In this document: positions 8,238 to 19,231 of the stretch, one piece after another
How positions within the stretch are numbered: position 1 is the stretch's first letter
Layout: every line of letters starts with the position of its first letter
From: Diplonema japonicum
Lineage: Eukaryota > Protista > Euglenozoa: Diplonemea
Length of the DNA: 64,000 nt
Reading direction: 5' to 3'
Assembly: GCA_964019335.1 (NCBI GenBank)
Contig: OZ025669.1
Coordinates: 1-64,000, forward strand
Program-made: the position numbers and the translations under genes
Notes under the pieces: generated by a model
Databases searched by the model: none
What the model was told of the DNA's origin: nothing
The model's input: only the letters and a program-made list of their open reading frames with translations

Positions 8238-11200
8238 TCACTCGAAGCACTTCTTCGCAACAGTTGAGAATCTAGGGCTCGACACGTCCACAGGTGGGAG
8301 GGTCGTCGTCTGACCAGCAGACTCAGCACTCTGCAGTAACTCCTTCACATACTCCTTAAGCCTCAAGATTTCGTCACCTTGACGCTTGATGCAAGCGTTG
8401 GTCTCCTCCACCTGACTAACAATCGTTGCTAACTTTTGCGGGTTGATATCTGTTAGGTCTTTCAGAGAGCGTGTGCTCCCCTTCACAAGGCGACCCTTCA
8501 CAGGGCCCCTACCTACAATCCCCTTCATGTTTCTTGGCTCACCAGCTTCTCTCCCTGCTCGCGCTTTCGACGCCGGCGCTGAAAATGGCCTAGCAGCAAC
8601 TTGTGGCTCTTTGGCCTTTGCATGTCTCTGGTACAATGCTTTCAGCTGGGAATCTGCCTGTTGCCACCGTTGTGACAGCTGCTTCTTCTCCATCCGCATC
8701 TGGTTAATCTCCTTCACAAGCATCGCATTCTCTTCTGTTTTGGCTTGGTTGTCGTGTCGCAGGTAGCTCTCATTTTGTCTATTCGACTTGTCTATTGCCG
8801 ACAGCTGGCTTTCCATGTACTGCTTCTGTCTACTGAATTCGAGGGCGCGTTCCTTCTCATATGAAGTACCTACCTCTTCCTCGTATTTCATGGAGTAGGC
8901 CTTCACAATGTCGTCCAATTCTCCAACAACGTCGTCACCTCCCATTCGAGAGACAAGTGCCGTGAGTTCCCGCAGTAACTGCTCTGTCAAACGCTCCTTG
9001 TCATCGAGAAGCTTGTTCTGTCCCCCTAAGCCTTTCATAAGTGACTGTATTTTTGTATCTTTTTCACCTAGTGCCTGCTGCAGTGCGTCCCGTTCGACGC
9101 CGATGCGCTCGAGCTGCAAGTCCATTTCTTGTATTCCATCGTTCATGTCCTTAATCTTCTCTTCTTTGGGGGCCACCTCTTTTCGCAACTCGCTGAACTT
9201 GAAAGTCAGCACGTACCTAAGCTTTTCTAACTCCGCCGTCTGCTTCTTCAGCTCGAGGATCTTACGCTCCGATGCTGAGATGGTCTCATTCCGCTGCGCG
9301 ATCTCAACCTTCAGAGCTTCATTTGTTTTCAGGTGCTCTTGTGACTTTTGCGCCAGCTGCCGTTCCTGCTTTTTGATATTCTCAATTTCGGCCTCTAACT
9401 CCTCTATCTAGGTGTGTGTTCGCTTTGTTTTCCAGTGGATACCTCTTTGTCATGCTTCTCACGCTTTGTCTTAAACAAAGCGGCGTTCGTGCGTGTCAAA
9501 GAGCATTGGTTCTCCTTCTCAGCGATGATGGCTTTCCATTTGGCATGCAAACCCTCGACACCAGGGCCTCCGTCCAACTCCATTATGTAGTCTTGTATCT
9601 GTGTGAATGCTATGCGGCGCTGATTATCATACGTTGAGATCGACCATTCCATTGATGCTTTTGCACGCATCTTGAATCCCTCGCCGAAGATGTTCTACTT
9701 CATGTAACAGCCGCTGTGATTCAGTGGATTAGCAATGTTCAATACCTGTTCTGTTTCTCGATATTCGTGTTCTAGCTGGTTCTTCTCACCTTGTATTTCT
9801 GCCAACAGCTTGTGGATTTTATTCTCGTAACGCACAACAAGATCGTCCTTCTCGTCCTCCAGCACCTTGTGCCGCTTTTCCATCTCCTCAATCCTCTTTG
9901 TGTGCAATGCCTCAAGCTCCTCAGCAGACTTCATATGCAGCTCCGTCATTGCAACTTCCTTAAGTTGCACCTCCTGTCGTGCTTCTTCTGCATCTTTCAT
10001 GTTTTGCTCCATTACAGTGCGCATGGCTATGTGCTCCTCGAGAGTCTCTGCTTCAACTTTCTTCAGCTCTTCTTCATTCTCTTCCCGTAGCACTGTCAGC
10101 TCAGCCTCCTGCCGTCGCTTGAGGTCGTCGTTGTGATTTCTTATTTCAGCTATGTATCTACTCCTCTCGTTGAAGTCTTGTTGCGACACGTAAGCTACGC
10201 TTTCAAAAGCAGCAAACGGGAAGGGCTTCCGCGTAACAGGCCTACCCTCAGATATTATGTCGACTTCGAACATGAACAGACACTTGTCCTCAGCACCGAT
10301 CGTAAAGAGGTACCTTTCGTCAAGGCTCAGAACCACAAATAAGATTTCACCATGGTGCACCTCCATCTTCGAATACGGTTGCGGTTCCTTAACAGCATCG
10401 GAGGGCGGCCATTCATAGAGCAGCAGTTGTCCATCATTTGTCGCAACAAACAAAGTCTGGGCCAAAGGCGAGATAGCTATCTGGCAGGATCGAACTGCTT
10501 TTGGCTGCCTAAGAGTCTTGTTGTCCACCGAAGGCACTGAGGGAACTGTGACTGGCTTTGAAAGCAATCTTTGGGGTGCCTTGGGAGGATGGTCCACCTG
10601 GAACCTGATGGTTCTCAGAGTGATTTCATGTTCGTTGAGCCCTGATTCCCTCCTCTCAGTGCCCGCCGGCTTGTGTACCCCTAACGCTGCCAGCATCTGG
10701 CTATCGTCGTCATACCTCACGCACAAATAGTTCACACTCTTCGTTACAGACTCGTTGGCTTCTACTCTTTTCCCAGTAGCAACCTTCCATTCATAGATAG
10801 CCCCTTCACTGCCCGCAGAAATGAGATTCTGATCATTATACGACCACCAAATAGACTGCACTGATGCCGAGTGACCTGTGAGCGGTATCCCGTTGGGGTT
10901 GTCCTTGCTCCCCAAAGGCTGGAACGTGTAGGCATTAACAACAACTATCCTGCTCCAAGGGTTTCCCACCGCTGCAAAGTACTGCCCACCATGGCTGAAG
11001 CGCACTTCTCTACATTGCTTTATATTCGGGAACTCGTGACATAGTTGGAGGTCGTTAGCCAAAACGACAAATACACAAAGCTTAAACCTGAAACCCACGA
11101 CAAGGAGGTAGCCTGAAGGATGCATCGCGACACTCAGAACGTCTTCATCAAACCTTTTGTTGATTTCAACACGCTTTTTCAGAAAGTTCCACACCCTTAT

Positions 11201-12473
11201 GTGTCTGTCTAGAGAGGCAGTGACAAGGACACTCCTCTGCACGCACACATCTACTCCTGTGACTGTGTCATGGTGGAAGCCTATCGGCAAGCGCTTGAAG
11301 ACGCGGTGCTTGTCGGTCTTGTCACCCTCGTCAATGCTGTCGATCATGCTCAAGTTCATTTGCACAATTTCGTTGTTTTCATAGCAACACACGACGCTCT
11401 CTTCGTTGGGACTGATCGTCACGTCAACTACCATAGTGTTGCTACCAACCAACCTCTCAGGGCATTGCATTACCTTGAAGCTTGTGAAGTACTGCGCGTC
11501 ATAGCTGCGCTCATAGATGCAAATGCTGCCATTCACGCCACCCGAGATGAACCCCCTGCTCACGGAGCACAGACAACTGATGCCGCCGCTTGTTTGTGTT
11601 ATGACCTTCTTCAGCTCCTGATTCTCGATAACAAGCACACGACCTTCTGCGGTTCCAACCACAAGTTTATCGCTATCAAACCATGAATGACATGTGAACT
11701 TGTGATCCGCCTGTTTCTCTTTCGCAAGTGGGTCGTATGACTTTAGCTGGTTCCCCTGTTAAGCAATGGAAAAAGTGCAGCAACAGCATACCTGTGCCCG
11801 CCAAAGCTTCAACAGTGACGTCCCCGTGGTGCACAGCTCCCAGTGCGCCCAGGGACTAATTGAAATCTGGCTGACCTTTTGGTGGACTTCTGTCATCCCA
11901 GCAAGTCTTTGCTTGTCTAGCTGCCATAAGTAGATATATGGATTTGGGGGGTCAGTCACTGTTGCGAGGTACTTATTATCCCTTGAGAAGTCCAAAGCAA
12001 CGACAGGGGGCTGGTAACCATCAGTGCTGCTTGGAAACCTTCCTCTACCTAATTCACGCACCTGTTTTGGTAATGAATAGCTCAGAATGCTTGCATACCT
12101 TTGATGCTGTACTGAAGTTGTAAACTGACACTTGGATGCCCCCACTCGGCTCGGGGTGTATTACCTCAGACAACGCGATATATCGCCTGTTCGCTGAAAC
12201 ACAGAAAGCAATGATTCTGGATGTTTTTGGGTTCTTCAAAATAAATCGATGAGCCTTCTGATTGTCGTACGAGTACACAGCAACATGCTTCCCAGCAAGA
12301 TACACAAAATTGTCATCGTTGATGTGATCGATCAGCTTCCGTCCCTGCTGTGCATTGTCGCAGCCACTGAAGCCCAATGCGTGTGAAAACCTAAGTGTCG
12401 TGCGGGTCTGCGGCACATCACCCCCTTCGCGCATGTTCGGGTCGTCGACGGCATCTTCTTGAGACCCTTCCAT
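8238..12473 (-). CDS. CFAP57: Cilia- and flagella-associated protein 57 (WDR65), WD40 + coiled coil, about 1353 aa; exons 12473-12099, 12061-11792, 11755-9746, 9713-9633, 9598-9443, 9407-8238
   Basis: Five minus-strand track ORFs (plus an 81-nt exon absent from the track) join into one frame through five GT-AG introns. WD40 motifs (FHHDTVTGVDVCVQR..TASLDRHIRVWN, VAMHPSG, FSHGGQYFAA, GHSASVQSIWWS) and the coiled-coil motif ELEKLRYVLTFKFSEL...P match CFAP57. Confidence 0.9.
9408..9442 (-). other. CFAP57 intron 5 (35 nt, GTATC...CCTAG, phase 0)
   Basis: Joins KHDKE to IEELEAEI, in frame with ORF 8238..9212. Confidence 0.8.
9599..9632 (-). other. CFAP57 intron 4 (34 nt, GTATG...CACAG, phase 0)
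   Basis: Removes an in-frame TGA; joins MVDLN to IQDYIMEL. Confidence 0.8.
9714..9745 (-). other. CFAP57 intron 3 (32 nt, GTATT...CACAG, phase 0)
   Basis: Joins RETEQ to RLLHEVEHL in frame. Confidence 0.8.
11756..11791 (-). other. CFAP57 intron 2 (36 nt, GTATG...TAACAG, phase 0)
   Basis: Removal deletes an in-frame TAA and joins LWRAQ to GNQLKSY...FTCHSWF. Confidence 0.85.
12062..12098 (-). other. CFAP57 intron 1 (37 nt, GTATG...AACAG, phase 0)
   Basis: Removal joins ...TASK to VRELG... in frame. Confidence 0.85.
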
Positions 12474-12525
12474 GAACCTAGTATGTTGTTGGATGAAAGG
12501 GAGGGAGGGTGATAACAACACTTGT

Positions 12526-15162
12526 TCACACGGGAAAAAGATATGCAAGCTGTGCAGCCTGCAGAGGAGGCGCTGAAGGGGCAAATAAGGTCTGCAAGTC
12601 TTGAGACTTCAAAGCAAAGGCACGATTAGAGTACATATGCACGAAGTCAGTTGGTGCCTGATGCACCTCACCTGTGGCGCTAATCCAAGGGTGATGAAGA
12701 AGAGAATGCACAGGCCATCGTGCTTCTTTTAATGGGCACAAACAACACCTCAGAAAGTGCATGGCTTCACGTGACAAACCGCTCGGAACGTGCGGGGGCA
12801 GCGGCTCGCTCCAGTGCCCTATAGTATCCAACGCTTGCGAAACAGATGCAAAAGACGGCCAAGGCACGGCACCGCAAGCAAGAACCTCGCAGGCCAAGAT
12901 TCCCAAAGACCACACATCGGATGCGCACGAAGCAGCTTCACCTCTAATTACCTCAGGGGCCATCCACAGTGGGGCCCCCTTAGTGTCTTTCTCTTTATTC
13001 TGTACTTTCTTTGAAGCACCAAAATCTACAATCTTCACGATAGAATGGCTGTCAACGAGAATAGTATCGCCCTTCACGTCGCTATGCACAAAGCCCCTTG
13101 AATGCAGATGTGCCAAACCCGAGGCAAACTGCTTTAAATGCTTTACAGCGAGAGCTTCACTGAGACGTGATGGGGACCTCCTTACTATAGCACCCAGGGT
13201 GCTGCCCTTTATGTACTCTGTGAACATGTGGAGCTCGTTGGACTCTTTGCTGTAGGCACATCCGTACAGCCGAACAACATTATTATGGACCAAAGTGCTC
13301 AACTCTTGTACTTGCAGTACAATATCTGTAACTTGTTCCTGAACACTCGTTAGAGGTATCACCTTGACAGCAATAACTGAGCCATCAGGCCATGTGCCTT
13401 TGTACACACTGCTAAAGGTGCCACGTCCCAATAGCTCTCCTTTCTCCCACGCAGTTGGGACATCATTTATAGCTGCAGTCTTCGCTTCATTAACAACAGG
13501 ACCAGCCTCTTCGGAGGGCACCACGTACGCGTCCACTATCGCGTTGATGTTTTCCATGCTGACATCAACTTCGACCACACACCTACTCTCCGCGGCACTA
13601 CACATGTCATCGCGCCATGCGCTCACCTCGGCACCACCTACACCGAAAGCAACAAGACCTCTTCTGATATATTCTATGTCGATAAGTGTTTGCAAAAAGG
13701 ACTCTTCGCTGTTGATTGTGATCTTGCGTATTGTTTCAAGCAGCGTCCTCATGGCACTATCTACAATGCTCCGTGCCAAGTCCTCTGTATGCGGTTTCTG
13801 CAATGCTTCGCACGTCGATGAATTGACGATAGTCGAATCAGTGATACGTGTGGCAGTAGCATTCAAAGTGCTAATGAGCGTGTACCCAAGGAGGCCAACG
13901 GTAGTGGGTGACTCGTCAGTGTCCGGGCACATTAACTCAATGACGGTGCAAGTGATGCTCTGGGAAGCAAGATGCGCATGCCGCAACAGCAACCCCTTCG
14001 ACAGCTCCGCTATCTGCGCTGCATCGCATTCTACGTTCAGGCCTGCATCCTGAAGGCACGAGGGCAACGATAGATAATAAGCGATGACACCTCTGCTCAG
14101 CGCATCTGAAGCGAACCTAGCGAGGTTCTTGTTTTCACAATTGAGAAACATGTCAGCGACGAGGGAGTTCGACAGGTGTTCGCGGATGGTCTTCTGGACG
14201 AAGGAGCCCACTGCCTCGGGGGGCAGGTGACACCCAATCACCTGTACAATCTCAGACAATTGAGAAGCGATGGTACTCGCGCAGTTAAAGAGTTCATGAG
14301 GGTGCCCGGTGTGAAGGGCCATGGTGCACGCTGCAGTGGCCATCTCGGCAAGCTTAGGGGATATCACCTCAGCTGCTGCTTTGACTACTTCTTTCTGATG
14401 CAGCTCTGCCTCTATCATGCAAGTTACCAGCACAGAGGTAGCTGACGACAAGTCCGTTATATTAACCTCAGTGTCCAATCGTTTCGCTATTTGCCCAGAA
14501 AGACGCGCTTTTATTTCGAAGTTGATTTCATCGACTGGTTGTCCGAACAACTGCAGAGCCCACACATCAGCTCGTATTTCTTCACATGTCTCGATATTCT
14601 GCCAGAGTCTCGCACATATGCCGTCGACAATGGGTTCGCACTGCTCCCTTATGAATGACAAACTAGCCTTGTTTGTCTGCCTCATTAGGGCATCTCGTCC
14701 TCGCACCCATAGTCGTACGCCTCCAGCCAGATCATTGGCTGCAACGCACCTCTTCAGCCTCGTAGGTAGCTCCAACAACAAACGTACACCTGCTAGGGTG
14801 GCCGTGATAGCTACTAAATGGTCCACAGCCTGTCCCCCTTCTATTGTATTTCCTATGGCCTTCGACAAGTAGCCTTGATTTGTTTCTATTAGGTCCTGTA
14901 ACTCCTCAAGGCCATTAGTCATGTGAGCTACCTTGTCCTTCAAGCCACCAATCAATTTTGTACCAGCAGCATAGTTGCTGTAGTTGGAGTACACCATCTT
15001 TTGAAGCCTGGAGTCCAGCTCTTCCGTTTCTGCTTGCAAAAACGTGCGTGTTTTCGTCAAGTCTTCTAACGGCCGCTTCGTCATCGCGGCTCTAGCCCAT
15101 AAAGGCGCTTCAAATCCATCGCTGTTGACCTCATGCTCGCCACCCTCGTAGTCACACGACAT
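12526..15162 (-). CDS. VPS51: Vps51-like GARP/EARP tether subunit fused to a C-terminal STE11/MAP3K-like kinase domain with degenerate catalytic residues (878 aa)
   Basis: The N-terminus VNSDGF...LEDL...EELDSRLQKMVYSNYSNY..GT..I..LK is the Vps51 N-domain. FLQTLIDIEYIR...DDMCSAAESRC matches the Vps51 C-terminus. The kinase domain has LGRGTFSSVYKG, IAVK, HSDVKGDT, DFG, WMAPE, SDVWSLG and LLHHPW. Confidence 0.8.
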   Translation of the reverse strand: MSCDYEGGEHEVNSDGFEAPLWARAAMTKRPLEDLTKTRTFLQAETEELDSRLQKMVYSNYSNYAAGTKLIGGLKDKVAHMTNGLEELQDLIETNQGYLSKAIGNTIEGGQAVDHLVAITATLAGVRLLLELPTRLKRCVAANDLAGGVRLWVRGRDALMRQTNKASLSFIREQCEPIVDGICARLWQNIETCEEIRADVWALQLFGQPVDEINFEIKARLSGQIAKRLDTEVNITDLSSATSVLVTCMIEAELHQKEVVKAAAEVISPKLAEMATAACTMALHTGHPHELFNCASTIASQLSEIVQVIGCHLPPEAVGSFVQKTIREHLSNSLVADMFLNCENKNLARFASDALSRGVIAYYLSLPSCLQDAGLNVECDAAQIAELSKGLLLRHAHLASQSITCTVIELMCPDTDESPTTVGLLGYTLISTLNATATRITDSTIVNSSTCEALQKPHTEDLARSIVDSAMRTLLETIRKITINSEESFLQTLIDIEYIRRGLVAFGVGGAEVSAWRDDMCSAAESRCVVEVDVSMENINAIVDAYVVPSEEAGPVVNEAKTAAINDVPTAWEKGELLGRGTFSSVYKGTWPDGSVIAVKVIPLTSVQEQVTDIVLQVQELSTLVHNNVVRLYGCAYSKESNELHMFTEYIKGSTLGAIVRRSPSRLSEALAVKHLKQFASGLAHLHSRGFVHSDVKGDTILVDSHSIVKIVDFGASKKVQNKEKDTKGAPLWMAPEVIRGEAASCASDVWSLGILACEVLACGAVPWPSFASVSQALDTIGHWSEPLPPHVPSGLSREAMHFLRCCLCPLKEARWPVHSLLHHPWISATGEVHQAPTDFVHMYSNRAFALKSQDLQTLFAPSAPPLQAAQLAYLFPV

Positions 15163-15233
15163 CCCAGCCTATTCCTATGTGGTATGGTTGGGAGTACAAC
15201 ACTGTGATTAATACAATCATCTAAACAAACTCT

Positions 15234-16613
15234 TCACTTGCCTCCCCCTGATAGATCTATGGTACACATCGGTAACGCTCCTGTGAAGAGTGATTTTAAA
15301 TTTGAGTCAACACACCTGGTAGCCCCATTCTTCATTTCCTTGTTTGCAGCATAAGCATTCTCAGCAGTAGACCAGTCAATCTCCGGTACTTGGTACCAAC
15401 CAACTCCACGCCCTCTACCAACAGATGCGACAGTAAATACCTCGCCAGTGTCAGTCTGCACGCGTTGGCCCAAATCCTGCTCTGTCAGATCTGAAGTAGG
15501 TGCCATGTGCGTCTTAGGTACTACAACGGTGGGTCTGCCAGGGGTGCTGTGGCAGAGGTCTCTATAAGACTGCTCTCCTTTTGTGAGATCTTCAGCTTTA
15601 TGCCAACCCAATCCAGAGCCCATTACAATACATACAAGTACTACACCCGACTCAGTCATCTGTAGCCGTTTTCCTATATCATCTACTTCCAGTGCGGAAG
15701 TTGCTTTGATGTCACTCTTGCCAATCAATGCAGTTTTTGTGCTTGCGGCCTCCCATCGTGCCCTCCCCGCAGCATCACCGTAGTTGTGGAGAAAGTCTGC
15801 GTAGGTCAGCGCAAAGCCATTCACACTGTCAATTCGCCGTTCGAGCTGCTTCACCTTTGCAGTGTACATGTGAATCTCCCTCCTAAGATTCTCACGTGAC
15901 ATTTCCTCAGTTTTGCTTCTCGCAGGGCTAGCAAAGAAGCTAGCCGACTCACCGTATGCACTTCCCTTCACGATTGTAACTTTCAATGGTATCGTGGTGT
16001 TACCCGAGTCGTGGATACTGGCTAGACACTGTGCCAAATCTTTCTCGCTCTTTATTTCCTTGCCCTCTATCGATCTGATAATAGCCCCCCTTGGCACCCT
16101 TGCGTACGCTAGTGCACCATGCTCTTCGACATCTGTCACTATCAGAAGCTCGCCCTTCATTTCGTACTCGAAGCCCAAACTTTGTCTAGAGTGCAACAGA
16201 TGCAGCGTTACCTGCTTCTGTATGTCCGTTGCAACGTAGTCAGAAAGGTGCAACGTGAACTCCTTGTGACCTCTGGTTTTAATACTCTTTAATGCATGCT
16301 GCAAGACCTCTTCACTGGTAATCTGATAATTGTTGATGGCTTTGATAACGTGCCCAACAGGCACATGCTGGGCCTCCCCTGAGCTTCCTTCCGCAACCTT
16401 GTTCACTACCACGTCATTGTCCACTGTTCCAAAAGTCAACCCGTGTTCAAGCTTCACTGTGTACGCTCGAACGTCATGTTTCCTTTCACCTTCTTCCCCA
16501 TCGCCGGAAAGGTCTGGCTCTACATCGCTATCCCCTTTCGTCGATGGCAGCGATGACGTGTCGGTTGTGGTATCTGATGCTTCTGACGCTGTCACAGAAA
16601 CACATTGCGACAT
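15234..16613 (-). CDS. Protein with two PDZ-like domains and a duplicated Gly/Trp C-terminal motif (459 aa)
   Basis: GLTFG...VVVNKVAEGSSG...VPVGHVIKAINN and SLGFEY...LIVTDVEEHG....VPRGAIIRSIEG follow the PDZ pattern. It also has a short ERRID..NG..T..DF...YG.....W..A motif. Confidence 0.65.
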   Translation of the reverse strand: MSQCVSVTASEASDTTTDTSSLPSTKGDSDVEPDLSGDGEEGERKHDVRAYTVKLEHGLTFGTVDNDVVVNKVAEGSSGEAQHVPVGHVIKAINNYQITSEEVLQHALKSIKTRGHKEFTLHLSDYVATDIQKQVTLHLLHSRQSLGFEYEMKGELLIVTDVEEHGALAYARVPRGAIIRSIEGKEIKSEKDLAQCLASIHDSGNTTIPLKVTIVKGSAYGESASFFASPARSKTEEMSRENLRREIHMYTAKVKQLERRIDSVNGFALTYADFLHNYGDAAGRARWEAASTKTALIGKSDIKATSALEVDDIGKRLQMTESGVVLVCIVMGSGLGWHKAEDLTKGEQSYRDLCHSTPGRPTVVVPKTHMAPTSDLTEQDLGQRVQTDTGEVFTVASVGRGRGVGWYQVPEIDWSTAENAYAANKEMKNGATRCVDSNLKSLFTGALPMCTIDLSGGGK

Positions 16614-16956
16614 GTTACCTGAAGGCTTTGTCAGATTGACATGATGAAAACAGATTCAAATCTTCAAATCAGGCTACATGCACCTGCCGTCGAAGTATGT
16701 CCTTGCATCAGCCACGTTGCTTCATTATTTGTCCACCAAGGCGAGCTACTCCCTAGATAACTCACTACTAAAAGCAGCGTATATGCCAATATGCAAGGGC
16801 GGCCCCGCAGTGTCGATAAGGGGGCTTCTTCAACTGCGTTGCCTCATTCCGCAGCGTTCCCACCCTTCTTGCTGAGGTCACATCTCTTTCGGGTGACCTG
16901 CGATGCGATGACAATGCAAAGCAATATCTGAATAATTTCAATACGGATCTACTCTT

Positions 16957-18582
16957 CTAACTTAAACGATTACATCTTCTGTCCATCACATCCAAAGCAG
17001 CACATTCCAGCTTCCGCCGTTCTCTAGCTTCTTTTAATATTGCATTTACATCCTCTTCGCACTCTTGGCCACCGCCTGCCTCGCGCCTCTCGACGACGTG
17101 ATGTACCCGCATCTCGTTCAGCACACCGAGGTTTTCGTGCCTTGTGTGCTGGATCTGAAGCAGTGTCCTTTCCAAGCTCCCATCGTATTGAGGTGCTCTG
17201 GGTATCGTTTCTTCTTCGACAGCTGGTGTAGGATTGACCCTTTCGTATTTCATAGTACACTGAGAAGCCTTTATCTCTTTACAACGAACCTTCTCTGGTG
17301 TTTGGTAAGAATCAGGCACCAGAACAAGTGATGTCTGTTCTGCTTCTTGTACAGGACTGCAAGTGCGATGTACTTTCGAAAGGGGCAGCAGGGCTACGCT
17401 TTTTGAAACAGCAACGTCGTCCCCTGGCTCCTGAGGAGACGCCGATGGTAAACTCGGGGCTACGGCTGGGTCATCGCATTGGACCGGTGGTTCAGGTGTC
17501 CGTACGTGGTGCCTGTGCTCGCAAGACGACTGTATAAGTATTTGTGTCTCTAATGCAGAGCTAGGTAGAGAAGGAGAGGATTCGAAAACTGGTATAGATA
17601 TCTCTCGTAAAGGTGATCGACTACAGTAGCGTGACACAGGTTGTGAGAGCGACTTAGAAACAGAAGATGATCTTCGAGAAAGCACAGGAGAGGCTGACGC
17701 TTCAAACATAGGCAAGGGTGAAAGCTGAACTGACGCACTTATGGGAGGTGACACAGAAAGGACGGGGGTAGGTATCAACTCGGTAATGGGACTACATGAT
17801 CTTTGTGCAGGCACAGTTGGTGACCTTGGAGGCATTGATTGTGGAGTTTTAACTATCGAAGCCCCTTCCACCTGCAGCGGCGTGCGGAGGGGGATGGGGC
17901 TCCGTGAGTGCCCTCTGGCTACCGCGGGCGGCTCTGCAGTTGCATGCACAACACTTGGCAGCCGCATCCACGTGACAATGGAGGATGGTGGTTGGCTCTC
18001 ATTTCGCTCAACCGACACAACTGACGAAGAAAGCAGCCTGCAAGGTGTCGGCATCTGCGGGCATAGCCTGGCATTCAGCAGAGCGCATTTGATTAGGGGA
18101 TTGTCGAGCACTGTGTTTTCCCATTGTAAATAACCCACACACGTGCCCAGCATCTTATCGATGTTTACATCAAGCATGAAGGCCAACTTATCTGCTGGTG
18201 CCACTGAGCTTCCCTCGCTTGCAGTGAAGAAGCATCGACGCAGGTTAGCCCAACAGTCGTCAGAGATGCACGGCACTGGCGAGGGCAGCGAGATGCTCAA
18301 GTCGCTGTGCCACGGTGACGGTGGCTGGAAAACCCACAGCTGCCGTCCTTCCACGAGATTGCTCAGCGTGACGCCTTGCCACACGCCACTGCGGTCGTCC
18401 AGTACCTTCAAATCCTCAACAACAAAGGGCACTCTTACTGCACCCACAGGACGTGCAGTGTCTGCAATGCTTTCGAAGCTGTCCACGATCGCCTGGTGCA
18501 GGACATCAAACTGTACTTCTTTCAACACGAAAGCCACATTGTGGGCTACCCCGAACAAATTGCTGCCCACGTACAGCTGCAT
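16957..18582 (-). CDS. BILBO1 N-terminal-domain-containing protein with a long Pro/Ser-rich region (541 aa)
   Basis: LYVGSNLFGVAHN...F......RP......F.V..LKVLDD....W........QLWVFQPPSPWH parallels the trypanosome BILBO1 NTD (..VAADIFNNKVN...RP...KMYD....W...QLYVFQPPNEWH, recalled from memory). Confidence 0.75.
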   Translation of the reverse strand: MQLYVGSNLFGVAHNVAFVLKEVQFDVLHQAIVDSFESIADTARPVGAVRVPFVVEDLKVLDDRSGVWQGVTLSNLVEGRQLWVFQPPSPWHSDLSISLPSPVPCISDDCWANLRRCFFTASEGSSVAPADKLAFMLDVNIDKMLGTCVGYLQWENTVLDNPLIKCALLNARLCPQMPTPCRLLSSSVVSVERNESQPPSSIVTWMRLPSVVHATAEPPAVARGHSRSPIPLRTPLQVEGASIVKTPQSMPPRSPTVPAQRSCSPITELIPTPVLSVSPPISASVQLSPLPMFEASASPVLSRRSSSVSKSLSQPVSRYCSRSPLREISIPVFESSPSLPSSALETQILIQSSCEHRHHVRTPEPPVQCDDPAVAPSLPSASPQEPGDDVAVSKSVALLPLSKVHRTCSPVQEAEQTSLVLVPDSYQTPEKVRCKEIKASQCTMKYERVNPTPAVEEETIPRAPQYDGSLERTLLQIQHTRHENLGVLNEMRVHHVVERREAGGGQECEEDVNAILKEARERRKLECAALDVMDRRCNRLS

Positions 18583-19231
18583 ATTTCATGGCTCTGTATG
18601 GGTTCAGGTCAGTTTAAACTTCCCAAAAAATACACACTGAGAAACGTAAATATTGACTCTATAAATATACAAAAACTACTACGGCCACTATCAGTAGCCC
18701 ACGCACCCTGAACGAACACAGAGCTTCGATGTGCAAGCAAGATGAGGAGTAAACAAAAAAAAGTAACCGTAGAATTTAAACTAGCTGTTGCGGCACTTAT
18801 AGAAAAATAAACTAATAAAAAAGATTAAAGTCTTAAAAGTCTTTGAAATGCGTTGCCAAAAATATTGGATAAACCTTGCACGAGGCGTCGTGTGCACCAA
18901 GCGCATCTGGGGAGGAATTTGTCATTCGAGTTAATAGGAGCAAATGAGAACTAAGAGGAAACACAAAATAAAAAAATATTCCGTTTTATAAAAGAATAAT
19001 AAATAAAGAGATGTGAATGAAAGAACAATAGACAGAAAAAGTTACTCTCACCAAATGGCAAAACAGTAAAACTGCCATTAAGTGACTTTTCTTTTTCTTT
19101 TTTTCGTTTCTTTTTTTTTAATTCACTCAATTCTTCTTTCTTGATCAACCTCAAAACGAGGGACCTCACGAAATAAACTGTAAAACAAATAGGATAGACA
19201 GCAGCGTGCTCACCAACTAAGGCCACACGCA

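Noticed and set aside
16614-16956. Possible snoRNA or extra exon (ATGATGA near 16641, hairpin AGGTCAC...GTGACCT at 16875-16899)
   Set aside because: No properly spaced C/D box pair, and no donor that links it to the upstream ORF before its stop.
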